Shown piece by piece: positions 22,905-32,536 of a stretch of DNA of 64,000 nt; the stretch's first letter is position 1, and the number at the start of each line of letters is the position of its first letter. Where the stretch lies: positions 14,322 to 78,321 of the forward strand of contig CADBDT010000007.1 of assembly GCA_902793465.1 (NCBI GenBank). The letters are read 5' to 3'. The notes beneath the pieces were generated by a model. It saw only the letters and a program-made list of their open reading frames with translations, made no database searches and had not been told where the DNA came from. The DNA comes from an uncultured Coriobacteriaceae bacterium. GTDB taxonomy: Bacteria > Actinomycetota > Coriobacteriia > Coriobacteriales > Atopobiaceae. The translations under genes were made by a program, and so were the position numbers.

Positions 22905-25274
22905 TCAGATCTGGTCGAGCATGCCCACGCCCCACTCTGCCACGCGCTCGCGCATGCCGTCCACGTCCAGGACGCCGTAGGCAAAGCCCTTGCGTACGAG
23001 CTCGGACGGCACGTACTCGTCGTACTTGTCGAACACCGGCACCTCGGCGGGATACAGGAGCTCCAAGGGGTCGAAGTCCTGCAACGCAGCGTTTTGCAGT
23101 GCGTCCAAAAACTCCTCGGCACCCGCCTTCATCCTAAACTGTATAAAGTACGGCCGCGACACGTCCACGCCCTTAATGCCCAGGCTTGCTGGAAGACGGA
23201 GCTTGATTACCCGCTCCAGCGCCAGGAACGCGTAGGTACCCAGCCAGGGAAAGAGCGCCCACATGTCCCCTCCCAGGTTGATGAGCGGGGCGCGCGTAAT
23301 CCCCGCGTTCATAGCCACGGTCCGTGCATGCGCCAGCCTCGCGCGGGCGTTCTTGCGCAAATAGGCATAGTCCTTGTGCTCGCGCAATACCTCGCGCATG
23401 CGTTCGAGCACGCGCGTGTTAATGTCACCAGGGCATTCTCCGAAATATGCCGGCACCTTTCCGCGAACCTGCGTGCAGTACACAAGCCTGCGCTTGTGGT
23501 CTATCTCCTCCACAATCCACACGTGCCCCGCTATGGCGAGCTTCTCGCCAACCGGCGGCGGCTGCACCACGGTTCCGAGCTCCTGGGAATCCGAGCGGAC
23601 AGTATACTCCTCGCTTTCCACAAACACACCGTAGAACCTAAAGTTGTTGGTCACGCGCTCGCCTGCCAGACCCACAATGAGCCCACCCGTCTCCGTGCGC
23701 TCTATGTGGTCCATATCCAGCATGTGTTGCAGAAGAACGCGATAGTCGTCCTGGCTCACGTTTGAGAAATACGCCAGACTCAGAACGCGGCTGGCCAACC
23801 CAGCGGGACTCAGCTCCCCGCTCGAGGCAAGCGTTGCCATGGTCTGATGATACAAAAGGCTATACGGCAGGCGGTCCGGGCGCGGTGGCTCCACCCAACG
23901 CTCCTCCACGTAGAGCTGAACCAACGCTATGCCCTGCAAGAGCTTCCAAGGTATGGTCTCGCTTACCATCGCGCGCGGCTCTGGCGGGTCTTCGCGCATT
24001 ACAAACCACATCTCGGGCGGCTCGCCGCGCCTTCCGGTCCTGCCCATGCGCTGCAAAAACGCGCTAACCGTAAAGGGCGCATCTATTTGGAAGGCCCTCT
24101 CCAGCCTCCCGATGTCTATGCCAAGCTCGAGCGTTGCCGTCGTGCAGGTGGTAAGGGCAAGCTCCTCGTCGCGCATGAGGTCCTCCGCCGTCTCCCTAAA
24201 GCTGGACGAAAGATTGCCGTGATGGATTAGAAAGCGGTCAGGTTCCCCGTTTGCCTCGCAGTAGCTTCGCAAGGAGGTCGTAACGGCCTCGCAGTCCTCG
24301 CGCGAATTGGAGAAGACGAGGCACTTGTGTCCCTGCGAGTGCTCGTAGATGTATGCGATGCCAGGATCGGCGTTCGCAGGAGCGGGGTTAGCGTCGGATT
24401 CGAGGGCATCGGCTTGCAAAGTTGCCGCTTCGACGACAGAGGCATCGCCTCGTTCTGGCGTTGGCGTATCGCCAGGCAGTCCAACCGGTTCGACCTTCTC
24501 CACGATGGCGTCCACATGCAAAGAGCCCCCGGCAGAACGCACCGCCCCCACTTGCTCCGTGGCCTGGGGGCCGTAGGTGTAAAAGTGCTCCATGGACAGG
24601 CGCCAGACCTGCCCCGCCTCCTCCACCCGAGGAACGATGGTGTACCTCCCCGTTCCCTTGGACAAGATCCTGCCGCATGCCTCAGGGTCGCCAATCGTCG
24701 CAGAGAGCCCTATTCGCCTTGGATTGCAGCGTGCCATGCGTTGCAATCTTTCCAGCAGGCACAACGTCTGCCCACCGCGATCTCCCCTTAGCAGCGAATG
24801 CACCTCGTCGATTACCACAAACCTCAGGTCACAGAACAGCTTTGGCACAACCGCATGCCTGTGCATGAGCATTGCCTCTAGCGACTCCGGCGTTATTTGC
24901 AGCACACCCCTGGGCTTCTTTACCATGCGTGCCTTATGCGATGCGCTCACGTCGCCGTGCCAGTGCCACACCGGTATTCCCGCATCGCGACAAAGGTCTT
25001 CGAGCCTGTAGAACTGGTCGTTTATGAGTGCCTTAAGGGGCCCGATGTAGAGCGCGCCAATGGAGGCTGGCGGGTCTTCGTCAAAGAGCGTGAGTATGGG
25101 AAAGAATGCCGCCTCGGTCTTGCCCGATGCGGTGGAGGATGTAAGCAGGACGTTTTCGTCCGTGTTAAAGATGGCATCTCCTGCAGCCACCTGAATACCC
25201 CTGAGCGACTCCCAGTCGTGGGCATAAATGAAGTCCTGCACAAACGGCGCATAGCGATCAAATACGTTAGACAT
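22905..25274 (-). CDS. sngC: DEVH-box superfamily-2 helicase (Lhr-like); putative Shango SngC
   Basis: Walker A TASGKTEAAF, DEVH box VVIDEVHSL, SAT motif LSATIG, and helicase-C motifs (MGRTGRRG). Third gene of the TerB-N / ATPase / helicase triad. Confidence 0.8.
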   Translation of the reverse strand: MSNVFDRYAPFVQDFIYAHDWESLRGIQVAAGDAIFNTDENVLLTSSTASGKTEAAFFPILTLFDEDPPASIGALYIGPLKALINDQFYRLEDLCRDAGIPVWHWHGDVSASHKARMVKKPRGVLQITPESLEAMLMHRHAVVPKLFCDLRFVVIDEVHSLLRGDRGGQTLCLLERLQRMARCNPRRIGLSATIGDPEACGRILSKGTGRYTIVPRVEEAGQVWRLSMEHFYTYGPQATEQVGAVRSAGGSLHVDAIVEKVEPVGLPGDTPTPERGDASVVEAATLQADALESDANPAPANADPGIAYIYEHSQGHKCLVFSNSREDCEAVTTSLRSYCEANGEPDRFLIHHGNLSSSFRETAEDLMRDEELALTTCTTATLELGIDIGRLERAFQIDAPFTVSAFLQRMGRTGRRGEPPEMWFVMREDPPEPRAMVSETIPWKLLQGIALVQLYVEERWVEPPRPDRLPYSLLYHQTMATLASSGELSPAGLASRVLSLAYFSNVSQDDYRVLLQHMLDMDHIERTETGGLIVGLAGERVTNNFRFYGVFVESEEYTVRSDSQELGTVVQPPPVGEKLAIAGHVWIVEEIDHKRRLVYCTQVRGKVPAYFGECPGDINTRVLERMREVLREHKDYAYLRKNARARLAHARTVAMNAGITRAPLINLGGDMWALFPWLGTYAFLALERVIKLRLPASLGIKGVDVSRPYFIQFRMKAGAEEFLDALQNAALQDFDPLELLYPAEVPVFDKYDEYVPSELVRKGFAYGVLDVDGMRERVAEWGVGMLDQI

Positions 25275-25342
25275 GGCCCACCCTCAACCTCAACTTATAA
25301 GTTAGCGCTTGGAGTCAAGCTCCCCTCATAGCGGCGTTGCCC

Positions 25343-26680
25343 CTAGATGGTGAACTCGGCATATTCGGAGCTCGCGGCCTCGCCCTCCTCGCCCTCGGGA
25401 CGCGCGTGCACAAAGTCGCCCGACCCAAGAAGCCCCGCAACGGTAATGCTTGGATCCTGCCACATTATGTCGAGCATCTCAATAAAGTCGCGAATGACCT
25501 CGCGTGGCGTTATGTGCGACTCCGCCCCCACGCGCCCGAACTCAAGCTGCAGGAACACGATAAGGTCGTCTTCCGTAAGGGTGCGAGTGTAGCCAAACAG
25601 GTCGGCGTGGATGTTGGCCAGCTTTTCTACCAGCACCAGAAGCTCCTCGTGCGTGAGGGGCTGAAGGCGAATTACGGGAGCCAGGAGGTCCACCATGCCC
25701 TCGCGCCCGAACCTGCCCTGCGTGAGCCTGGAGCGCAGCGCCTCGTAGGAATACAGCCCGCGACGCCGGTCCTCCACGCACTGCGGCGTTCCGCTCATAA
25801 TTACACCCAAGTGTTCCGCCCTGCCCTGCAGGGCGTCATTGTACATGGTAAGGATCTTTTCGTAGTTGTATTGGCGCGAAATGGCATGTGGGATCTTGTA
25901 CAGATTTACCAGCTCGTCCACGAGCACCACGAGCCCTTCGTACCCTGCGCCCACCAAGAACCGCGCAAGCAGCTTTATGTAGTCGTACCAATCGTCATCC
26001 GAGATTATGCAGCCTACCCCAAGCTCGTTCTTTGCCTCGGTCTTGTTGCGATACTCCCCACGGAACCACTTTGAGACGTAAGACTTGGTCTCGTCGTCTG
26101 CCTCCACATGCGCGCGGTAGTACATGGAGAGCACGCGCGCGAAGTCGAACCCGTGTACCATCTGCTGCAGGTCGTCTATAACCACGTAGATGCGACGTTC
26201 CACCTCGGCGTTGAAGCCGGGGTCGTCCGGAGAGATTCCGTCCTGCGCGACGGCACTCTGTATGCCAGCGATCCAGCGATCGAGCACAAGCGTAAGCGCA
26301 CCGCCCTCCGGCCGGGTCCTGGTGGAAAGGTTGCGAACGAGCTCTCGGTACGTGGCAAGCCCCTGTCCCTTTGTTCCCTGCAGCCGGCGCTCCGGGGAAA
26401 GGTCTGCATCTGCGACCACGAAGTTCTTGCCCATGGCATGGTTTCGAATCGTCTGAAGTAGGAAGCTCTTTCCGCTGCCGTAGCGTCCCACTACGAACCT
26501 AAACGAAGCTCCACCCTCGGACACTATGCTCAAGTCCCGCAGCAAGGCTCCTATCTCTGCCTCGCGCCCAACCGTAATGTAGGGCAGTCCCACACGGGGC
26601 ACCACACCGCCCTTGAGGGAGTTTATGAGAACTGTTGCTATGCGCTTTGGTACGCGCTGACCCTGCTTGGTATCCGCCAT
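25343..26680 (-). CDS. sngB: DUF2791-like P-loop ATPase; putative Shango SngB
   Basis: LINSLKGGVVPRVGLPYITVGREAE...VVGRYGSGKSFLL (Walker A) and LVVLVDELVNL (Walker B). Start refined to ATG 26680 (GAGGTGG upstream). Confidence 0.78.
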   Translation of the reverse strand: MADTKQGQRVPKRIATVLINSLKGGVVPRVGLPYITVGREAEIGALLRDLSIVSEGGASFRFVVGRYGSGKSFLLQTIRNHAMGKNFVVADADLSPERRLQGTKGQGLATYRELVRNLSTRTRPEGGALTLVLDRWIAGIQSAVAQDGISPDDPGFNAEVERRIYVVIDDLQQMVHGFDFARVLSMYYRAHVEADDETKSYVSKWFRGEYRNKTEAKNELGVGCIISDDDWYDYIKLLARFLVGAGYEGLVVLVDELVNLYKIPHAISRQYNYEKILTMYNDALQGRAEHLGVIMSGTPQCVEDRRRGLYSYEALRSRLTQGRFGREGMVDLLAPVIRLQPLTHEELLVLVEKLANIHADLFGYTRTLTEDDLIVFLQLEFGRVGAESHITPREVIRDFIEMLDIMWQDPSITVAGLLGSGDFVHARPEGEEGEAASSEYAEFTI

Positions 26681-26802
26681 AATCCACCTCGCTCGTTCGA
26701 ATACACAAGTATACACTGCGTACACGTGTTCGTAAAGTACGTAAACGAGACGGTTTGAGTGAGGACTCACGGCACCCTGCAACGTGCCCGAATGGAAGTA
26801 GC

Positions 26803-28470
26803 TTATCCCAGCATATCCTTTACGTCCTGTATGTAGTCCTCCACGAGCACGGGGCTTCCCCCGTCGAACTCCACCACGGTGTCGCCTATCTCGTCTAGCA
26901 GCGCCTCGTTAATGGAGTCTGCGGCAAGCGTAAGGAACATGTCGTCATACTGCTCTAGAGGGCTTCCGTCCAAGAGCGCCAGCAACAGCTGCAGATGCTC
27001 CTCGCTGAGGCCTAGCGTGTTGGCTGGCGCCCTCTGTGCCTGAACCTCAACCACTACTTGAGGTGCAGCTTTAGGCTTTTCCGCCGGCTCGATGTCCATA
27101 TCGTCCTCGGTGAGTAGCGCTTCTTGCGTACGAATGGACGCGTTGCGTATTCCGGCAAGAGAATTGCGATCTATTCGTATGTGAGCGGCCTCCGCTGCCT
27201 TCTTGCGCGCCAAATACGCTTCGATTTCCTCGTCCACGAACTTTGCCTGATACTTGGGAAGCGGCTTCTCCTTAAGCGGGTGCGCATCACCAAAGGCGAG
27301 TCTGGTACGTGCGTCTATGGCGTGCAACAGGGCTCCGAGCTCTTTGCTCTTATCCGTACGTCGGCATGGGTACTCGCGCGTCCAAAAACCACGACTGCAT
27401 ATATAGACCTCGCCAGCTGACGCCTCGTACCTTACGTCCTCATGCCGCTTTCCGGTCCAGAAAACGGCCGAAGGGAACATAAAGTAGCTTCTGCCAGTGG
27501 CTGGCCCAAAGAGGCCGTCGATGTAGTTGGTCTTGCGACGCTTGTTGCAATGCGCCACCATGCGGGCAAACACGTTGCAGGTAATCTGTGCAACAGCCTC
27601 TTTGTTCTCGCGTACAAAGCGAGATCGGTCTGCACGATAGCGCGATAACGCCACAAGAGCATCCAGCAACTCTTCCTGCGTAGGCATCCCGTCCAAGTGC
27701 TTAACGGGCCATTCGGAAAGGCGGTTGTCCAGCAGCACCCGCTCGGCTGCCCTGAGCACTACGACATTCTTTGATCCAAAGTCGTTGGGCAGAGGGGCGA
27801 GCAACTGGGCGTCCAGGCCATGGAACACAATATAGTCGTGCCTCCATCGCCGCATGTAGGAATCAAACGCCTGGCTTATACCCTTATATTGCTCTGCAAA
27901 TTCGTCTAGCTCGGCAAGCCCCGGCATGCCTTCTGGGGCTCCGATGCCGCATAGCAGCTCGTAGGCGTGCACGAACAAGAAGGGAAGCGTCGCGTATGTT
28001 ACCTCTCCGTGCCTGAGTCGCGTTCTCCAACCAAAATAGCACCTAAGCTGAAAGTCGCTCATTGCCTCGTACGTTGGAAAATAACAGTCGAAGGAGCACT
28101 CCCCGTCAAAGTCGTCCTCGAAGTCCTCCATCAGTTTGCCCTGCTCGTAAAAGAGCCTCCAGCTAGAAGTTCCACCACGCCTTGGGGAACCTGCCATGCG
28201 ACGCATTTTGCGGTACTCTGGCGGCAGCGCACGCCTTGCGCGGGCCTGTTGGAGCCTGGCGTGCAAATCGGGATGTACGCCCACTCCCCTATCGACGTCT
28301 TTAATAGCCTCGTCTTCGGAAAAGAGCGCTTCCTGATGCGGACACGCCGTCTTGCGCGCCCCAGCACGCAAGATGGGCTCGTCCGTATACGTTCGCTCGG
28401 AAAAAATGCGCGAGTTTACGTACCGCTCATCAGACAAGATCTGGTCTACGATGTCTTGCGCGCGCGTCAT
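26803..28470 (-). CDS. sngA: TerB-N / TerB-C domain protein; putative Shango SngA
   Basis: YFPTYEAMSDFQLRCYFGWRTRLRHGEVTYATLPFLFVHAYELLCGIG fits TerB-N. The C-terminal LLALLDG...ADSINEALLDEIGDTVVEFD fits TerB-C. ATG 28470 is used as the start; a TTG at 28476 is an alternative. Confidence 0.78.
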   Translation of the reverse strand: MTRAQDIVDQILSDERYVNSRIFSERTYTDEPILRAGARKTACPHQEALFSEDEAIKDVDRGVGVHPDLHARLQQARARRALPPEYRKMRRMAGSPRRGGTSSWRLFYEQGKLMEDFEDDFDGECSFDCYFPTYEAMSDFQLRCYFGWRTRLRHGEVTYATLPFLFVHAYELLCGIGAPEGMPGLAELDEFAEQYKGISQAFDSYMRRWRHDYIVFHGLDAQLLAPLPNDFGSKNVVVLRAAERVLLDNRLSEWPVKHLDGMPTQEELLDALVALSRYRADRSRFVRENKEAVAQITCNVFARMVAHCNKRRKTNYIDGLFGPATGRSYFMFPSAVFWTGKRHEDVRYEASAGEVYICSRGFWTREYPCRRTDKSKELGALLHAIDARTRLAFGDAHPLKEKPLPKYQAKFVDEEIEAYLARKKAAEAAHIRIDRNSLAGIRNASIRTQEALLTEDDMDIEPAEKPKAAPQVVVEVQAQRAPANTLGLSEEHLQLLLALLDGSPLEQYDDMFLTLAADSINEALLDEIGDTVVEFDGGSPVLVEDYIQDVKDMLG

Positions 28471-28479
28471 AGCCAAGCT

Positions 28480-29721
28480 TTACGCCAAGGCGGCGCGCAA
28501 CTCTTCTACGCGATTGGTCTTTTCCCAGGTAAAGTCTGCATCCTCGCGTCCAAAGTGACCGTAGGCGGCAGTCTTCCTAAATATGGGCCGCCGAAGCTTG
28601 AGGTCGCGGATAATGGCAGCAGGCCTCAGGTCGAACACTTGCGAGACCGCCCTCTCAAGCTTTCTCTCGTTCACCGAGGCTGTGCCAAAGGTGTCCACCA
28701 TAATGGAAAGAGGATGGCTTACGCCAATGGCATACGAAAGCTGGACCTCGCACCTTCGAGCAAGACCTGCCGCCACAACGTTCTTCGCAACCCAGCGAGC
28801 CGCATATGCCGCGGAACGGTCCACCTTAGTGCAGTCCTTTCCGCTAAAAGCACCACCACCATGGCGACCCATGCCTCCGTATGTGTCCACAATAATCTTG
28901 CGACCGGTAAGGCCCGTGTCGCCCATGGGACCGCCCACAACAAACCTTCCCGTCGGGTTGACGTATATCTTGGCATCCTTCCACGCTATACCGACCCCGT
29001 CGAGCACGGGTGCGATAACATGCTCAACCATGTCGCGCTCTATCAACTTCATGTCCTTGACGTTGGGATCGTGCTGCGTGGACACCACGACCGCGGTAAC
29101 CTCCACGGGCGCGTCATCCTCGTAGCGCACCGTAACCTGCGTCTTGCCGTCCGGCCGCAGGTAATCCAGGACACCGTCCTTGCGCACGGCGGCAAGCCGC
29201 TGCGCCATGCTCTGTGCCAGAAACGCTGGCATTGGCATAAGCACCTCGGTCTCGTCCGTTGCGTAGCCAAACATCATTCCCTGGTCGCCGGCGCCAATCC
29301 TATCCAGATCGTCCACGTCGCCCCTTGCATACGTTCCGTCCACACCTTGCGCGATGTCGGGACTCTGCTCGTGAATCATGTTTATAACGCCGCAGGTCTC
29401 GTAGTCAAAGCCATACTTGGCCCTGTCGTAGCCAATGCTCCTTACGACCTCGCGCACTATCTTTTGCACGTCCACATACGCCTGTGTGCGAATCTCGCCT
29501 GCCACGATAACGGTGCCGGTGGTTAGGAACGTCTCGCACGCGCAGCGAGCATCGGCCAAGGAAGCGGCAATGCCATTGGGCGCCACGTATCCCTGCTCCT
29601 CCAGACGGGCCTCCTTCGCGAGTATGGCGTCTAGGATGGCGTCGGATATCTGGTCCGCCATCTTGTCGGGATGCCCTTCGGTAACGCTTTCCGAAGTAAA
29701 CAGGTAGCTCCTGCCTTCCAT
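28480..29721 (-). CDS. metK: S-adenosylmethionine synthase
   Basis: [29 protein letters not shown] and GGGAFSGKD motifs. Confidence 0.97.
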   Translation of the reverse strand: MEGRSYLFTSESVTEGHPDKMADQISDAILDAILAKEARLEEQGYVAPNGIAASLADARCACETFLTTGTVIVAGEIRTQAYVDVQKIVREVVRSIGYDRAKYGFDYETCGVINMIHEQSPDIAQGVDGTYARGDVDDLDRIGAGDQGMMFGYATDETEVLMPMPAFLAQSMAQRLAAVRKDGVLDYLRPDGKTQVTVRYEDDAPVEVTAVVVSTQHDPNVKDMKLIERDMVEHVIAPVLDGVGIAWKDAKIYVNPTGRFVVGGPMGDTGLTGRKIIVDTYGGMGRHGGGAFSGKDCTKVDRSAAYAARWVAKNVVAAGLARRCEVQLSYAIGVSHPLSIMVDTFGTASVNERKLERAVSQVFDLRPAAIIRDLKLRRPIFRKTAAYGHFGREDADFTWEKTNRVEELRAALA

Positions 29722-29768
29722 TAAGGCTCCTTTCGTGAACCTGTGGAATCATTTGACGAATGTTACCA

Positions 29769-29797
29769 AGTATAGCCAAACTGCAAAACGTTGAGAA
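29769..29797 (-). promoter_or_regulatory. Candidate sigma-70 promoter of metK
   Basis: Minus strand reads TTCTCA, 17 nt, TATACT. The -10 ends about 48 nt upstream of the metK ATG. Confidence 0.35.
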
Positions 29798-29830
29798 GCA
29801 CGGCGGGGACAGCTCGGGTGCGTCGTGGAT

Positions 29831-29910
29831 GGGGTGCCGCTTGGGGATACTCCCCCTGCGGTACATTGTCCACAATGTACCGCAGGGGGAGTATCCCCAA
29901 GCGGCACCCC
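29831..29910. repeat. Family-2 structured repeat, copy 1: perfect 39-2-39 palindrome
   Basis: GGGGTGCCGCTTGGGGATACTCCCCCTGCGGTACATTGT-CC-ACAATGTACCGCAGGGGGAGTATCCCCAAGCGGCACCCC. I verified the arms as exact reverse complements. It ends 23 nt after the helicase stop. Confidence 0.92.
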
Positions 29911-29933
29911 ACCTTACGGGAGACCACACCCCT

Positions 29934-32495
29934 CTATCTTATGTCCTCGTAGAAGCCCACGCGGTAGTTGTCGAAGATGGCCTCGCCTGCTTCCTGGGTG
30001 GCATCCAGATCCACGTCTGCCATGATGCCAAAGTCCCTGTCGCCGTCTGAGTCGTTAAACATCTGACGCACATGCCAAACGTGGTCGGACTGCTCGTCGG
30101 ACTCGTCCACCTCAAAGAACGCCGTGGAACGGGCATCGGCATCCAGTAGAACCTCCTCGTGCTCCTCAAAGAAGGAGTCGAGCACCGTCTTCCACCTTGG
30201 CATACGCCAGCCCCAGTCGCCGTCCAGGTCCCCGAGCGCGCGGTAGTCGTCGTGCGCCGCAAGGCGAACGCGTGCAAAGAGCGCGTTGCGCACCAGCAGC
30301 GTGACCGCTCGCCTGTCCTTAACCACTTGGTCGGCCGCGCTGGGCGGCGCCATGGCCTCGCTCGACAGCTCGCCGGAACGCGCCCATTCGTCCACCAGGC
30401 TCGAGTCCACGGAGCGGACCACCAGACCCAGCCAAGCTATGATGTCCTGCAGGCGTTCGTCGCGCGCCTCCAGGGGAAGCGTGCGATCAAGCGCCCTAAA
30501 GGCCTCTGACAAATACCTCAGCAGTATTCCCTCCGCTCGGGCAATGCCGCAGCGCTGTATGTAGCTCTTAAAGTCCGACGCCGTCTCCAGCATGTCGCGC
30601 AAAACGGACTTGGGTTTGGGTTCGTAGTCGTTTGCCCAGGGAACCTTCTCGCAGTATTGGGCAAACGCGGCTTCTATGAGCTCTTCGAGCGGCTTGGGGT
30701 ACGTTACGTCCTGAAGCCGCTCCATGCGATCCTCGTATTCCACGCCGTCCGCCTTCATGCGGGCCAGCGCCTCTCCGCGCGCTGACTTCTCTTGCGCCCG
30801 GAGTATTTGGTACGGGTCTTCCAACGTGGACTCGATTAGAGAAATTGCGTCGTACGCGTAGTTGGCGTCGTTTTGATCCAAAAGCTCAATGGCGGCAAGC
30901 AAGAAGGGCGATAGTGGCTGGTCCAGCGCAAAGTCGTCCGGAACGTCCACCGTCGTGTAGTAGTCCGCCGTCCCGTCCTCAAGCTCCTCGCACACCACGA
31001 CGCCGGCATCCATAAGCGTGGCAAAAATCTCGTCCGCACGCGTGCGCAAATCCTCCTTTTGTTCCTCGGTCTGCGCGGATGCATCTATGAGCCCCCGTAC
31101 CCGCTCACGGGCGTCGCCACCCTGCGACACTTCCGCAAGGACCATGGAATGGGTTATTTTCATGCGCGGGCGCAATGGTTCGGGCTCAGCCTCCACCAGC
31201 CTGTCGAACGTGGCCTTTCCCCAGCCGACAAACCCCTCGGGAGGCTTGCTCACACGAACCTTTCGAGCACGACGCGGGTCTCCCCCGGCCTTTTGCAGGG
31301 CCTTTGCCCTTTCTATGTCGTACACAGTTGCCTGAGCAATAACTACGCCCTCGTCGTCGTAGCCTGCACGCCCGGCACGGCCGGCAATCTGGTGGAACTC
31401 TCGCGCGTTGAGCCGCCGTTGCCTTCGCCCGTCGTACTTTGCGAGCGCCGTGAGCAACACCGTGTGAATGGGCACGTTTATTCCCACGCCCAAGGTGTCG
31501 GTGCCGCAGATAACGGGCAAGAGGCCCTGCTGCGCCAGCTTTTCTACCAGCAGCCTATAGCGCGGCAGCATACCCGCATGATGTACCCCCACGCCCGTTT
31601 GCAGCAACCGACGCAGGATCTTTCCAAACGCCGTGGTAAAGCGCGTGCCCTTGCACGCCTCCTTTATAGCATCACGCTGCTCGCGCGTGGACACGCCATA
31701 GCTCGAAAGCCCCTGCGCACTCTTGAGCGCGGCATCCTGAGCAAAATGCACGATGTAGATAGGCGCCCTGCCCTCCCGTATGGCAAGCTCCACGGTTGCT
31801 TCCAGCGACGTTTCCACGAACTCATAGCTCAGCGGAACAGGCCGAGGCGCGTCGAGCACCAAGTCCACCGACGTACCTGTGCGCTCTTCCAGCGACCCCG
31901 CAATCTCGGAAACGTCTCCCAGCGTCGCACTCATAAGCAGGAACTTGGTACTCGGCATGGCTAACAGCGGTACCTGCCACGCCCAACCGCGGTCGGGATC
32001 GCCATAGTAATGGAACTCGTCCATAACCACCCAGGCGATGGACGTCTCCTCCCCCTCGCGAAGCGCCTGGTTTGCCAGAATCTCCGCAGTGCAGCAAACG
32101 ACGGGCGCCCCTGGGTTAATGGACACGTCACCTGTAATCATTCCCACGTTGTCTCGGCCAAGGACATCAACCAAGTCGAAGAACTTCTCGCTTACCAGCG
32201 CCTTTATGGGGGCGGTGTAGTAGGAGGTAAAGTCGGCACAAAGCGCCATAAAGCACATGCCCAGCGCCACGAGTGACTTGCCGGAACCAGTGGGAGTGCC
32301 CAGGATAACGTGGTTTTGCATGGCAATGGAGAGTAGCGCCTCCTCCTGATGGTCCCAAAGGCTCAGTCCTCGGGCTTCCACCCACTCCATAAAGAGTTCC
32401 AGGGACTGCTCCCCTTCCAGGGGTTGCGCCCCGGCGTCGAAGTCTGGCGCAAGCATGCCCAGCGAGCCTTGTGCGTATGCGTCAATTTGTGACAC
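29934..32495 (-). CDS. Ski2/HelY-like DEAD/DEAH-box helicase (DUF3516-type C-terminal region)
   Basis: GTPTGSGKSLVA, DEFH box VVMDEFHYYGD, and SATLG. Start placed at GTG 32495, because the ORF-track extension to 32723 overlaps the upstream gene. The exact start is uncertain. Confidence 0.82.
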   Translation of the reverse strand: MSQIDAYAQGSLGMLAPDFDAGAQPLEGEQSLELFMEWVEARGLSLWDHQEEALLSIAMQNHVILGTPTGSGKSLVALGMCFMALCADFTSYYTAPIKALVSEKFFDLVDVLGRDNVGMITGDVSINPGAPVVCCTAEILANQALREGEETSIAWVVMDEFHYYGDPDRGWAWQVPLLAMPSTKFLLMSATLGDVSEIAGSLEERTGTSVDLVLDAPRPVPLSYEFVETSLEATVELAIREGRAPIYIVHFAQDAALKSAQGLSSYGVSTREQRDAIKEACKGTRFTTAFGKILRRLLQTGVGVHHAGMLPRYRLLVEKLAQQGLLPVICGTDTLGVGINVPIHTVLLTALAKYDGRRQRRLNAREFHQIAGRAGRAGYDDEGVVIAQATVYDIERAKALQKAGGDPRRARKVRVSKPPEGFVGWGKATFDRLVEAEPEPLRPRMKITHSMVLAEVSQGGDARERVRGLIDASAQTEEQKEDLRTRADEIFATLMDAGVVVCEELEDGTADYYTTVDVPDDFALDQPLSPFLLAAIELLDQNDANYAYDAISLIESTLEDPYQILRAQEKSARGEALARMKADGVEYEDRMERLQDVTYPKPLEELIEAAFAQYCEKVPWANDYEPKPKSVLRDMLETASDFKSYIQRCGIARAEGILLRYLSEAFRALDRTLPLEARDERLQDIIAWLGLVVRSVDSSLVDEWARSGELSSEAMAPPSAADQVVKDRRAVTLLVRNALFARVRLAAHDDYRALGDLDGDWGWRMPRWKTVLDSFFEEHEEVLLDADARSTAFFEVDESDEQSDHVWHVRQMFNDSDGDRDFGIMADVDLDATQEAGEAIFDNYRVGFYEDIR

Positions 32496-32536
32496 GAGGA
32501 CCCCTTCCAGTATGCAATGGCGAATGTCGCCAAACG

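Noticed and set aside
16277-28476. Calling the priA-metK insert a prophage, ICE or transposon.
   Set aside because: No integrase, recombinase, transposase, relaxase, capsid or terminase genes, no att-like direct repeats and no tRNA target were found. Only the weaker label of accessory or defence island is supportable.
29722-29830. A possible SAM riboswitch in the metK leader.
   Set aside because: The leader from the candidate promoter to the ATG is only about 45-50 nt, and I saw none of the conserved SAM-I or SAM-IV helices or loops. It is too short for a riboswitch aptamer plus expression platform.
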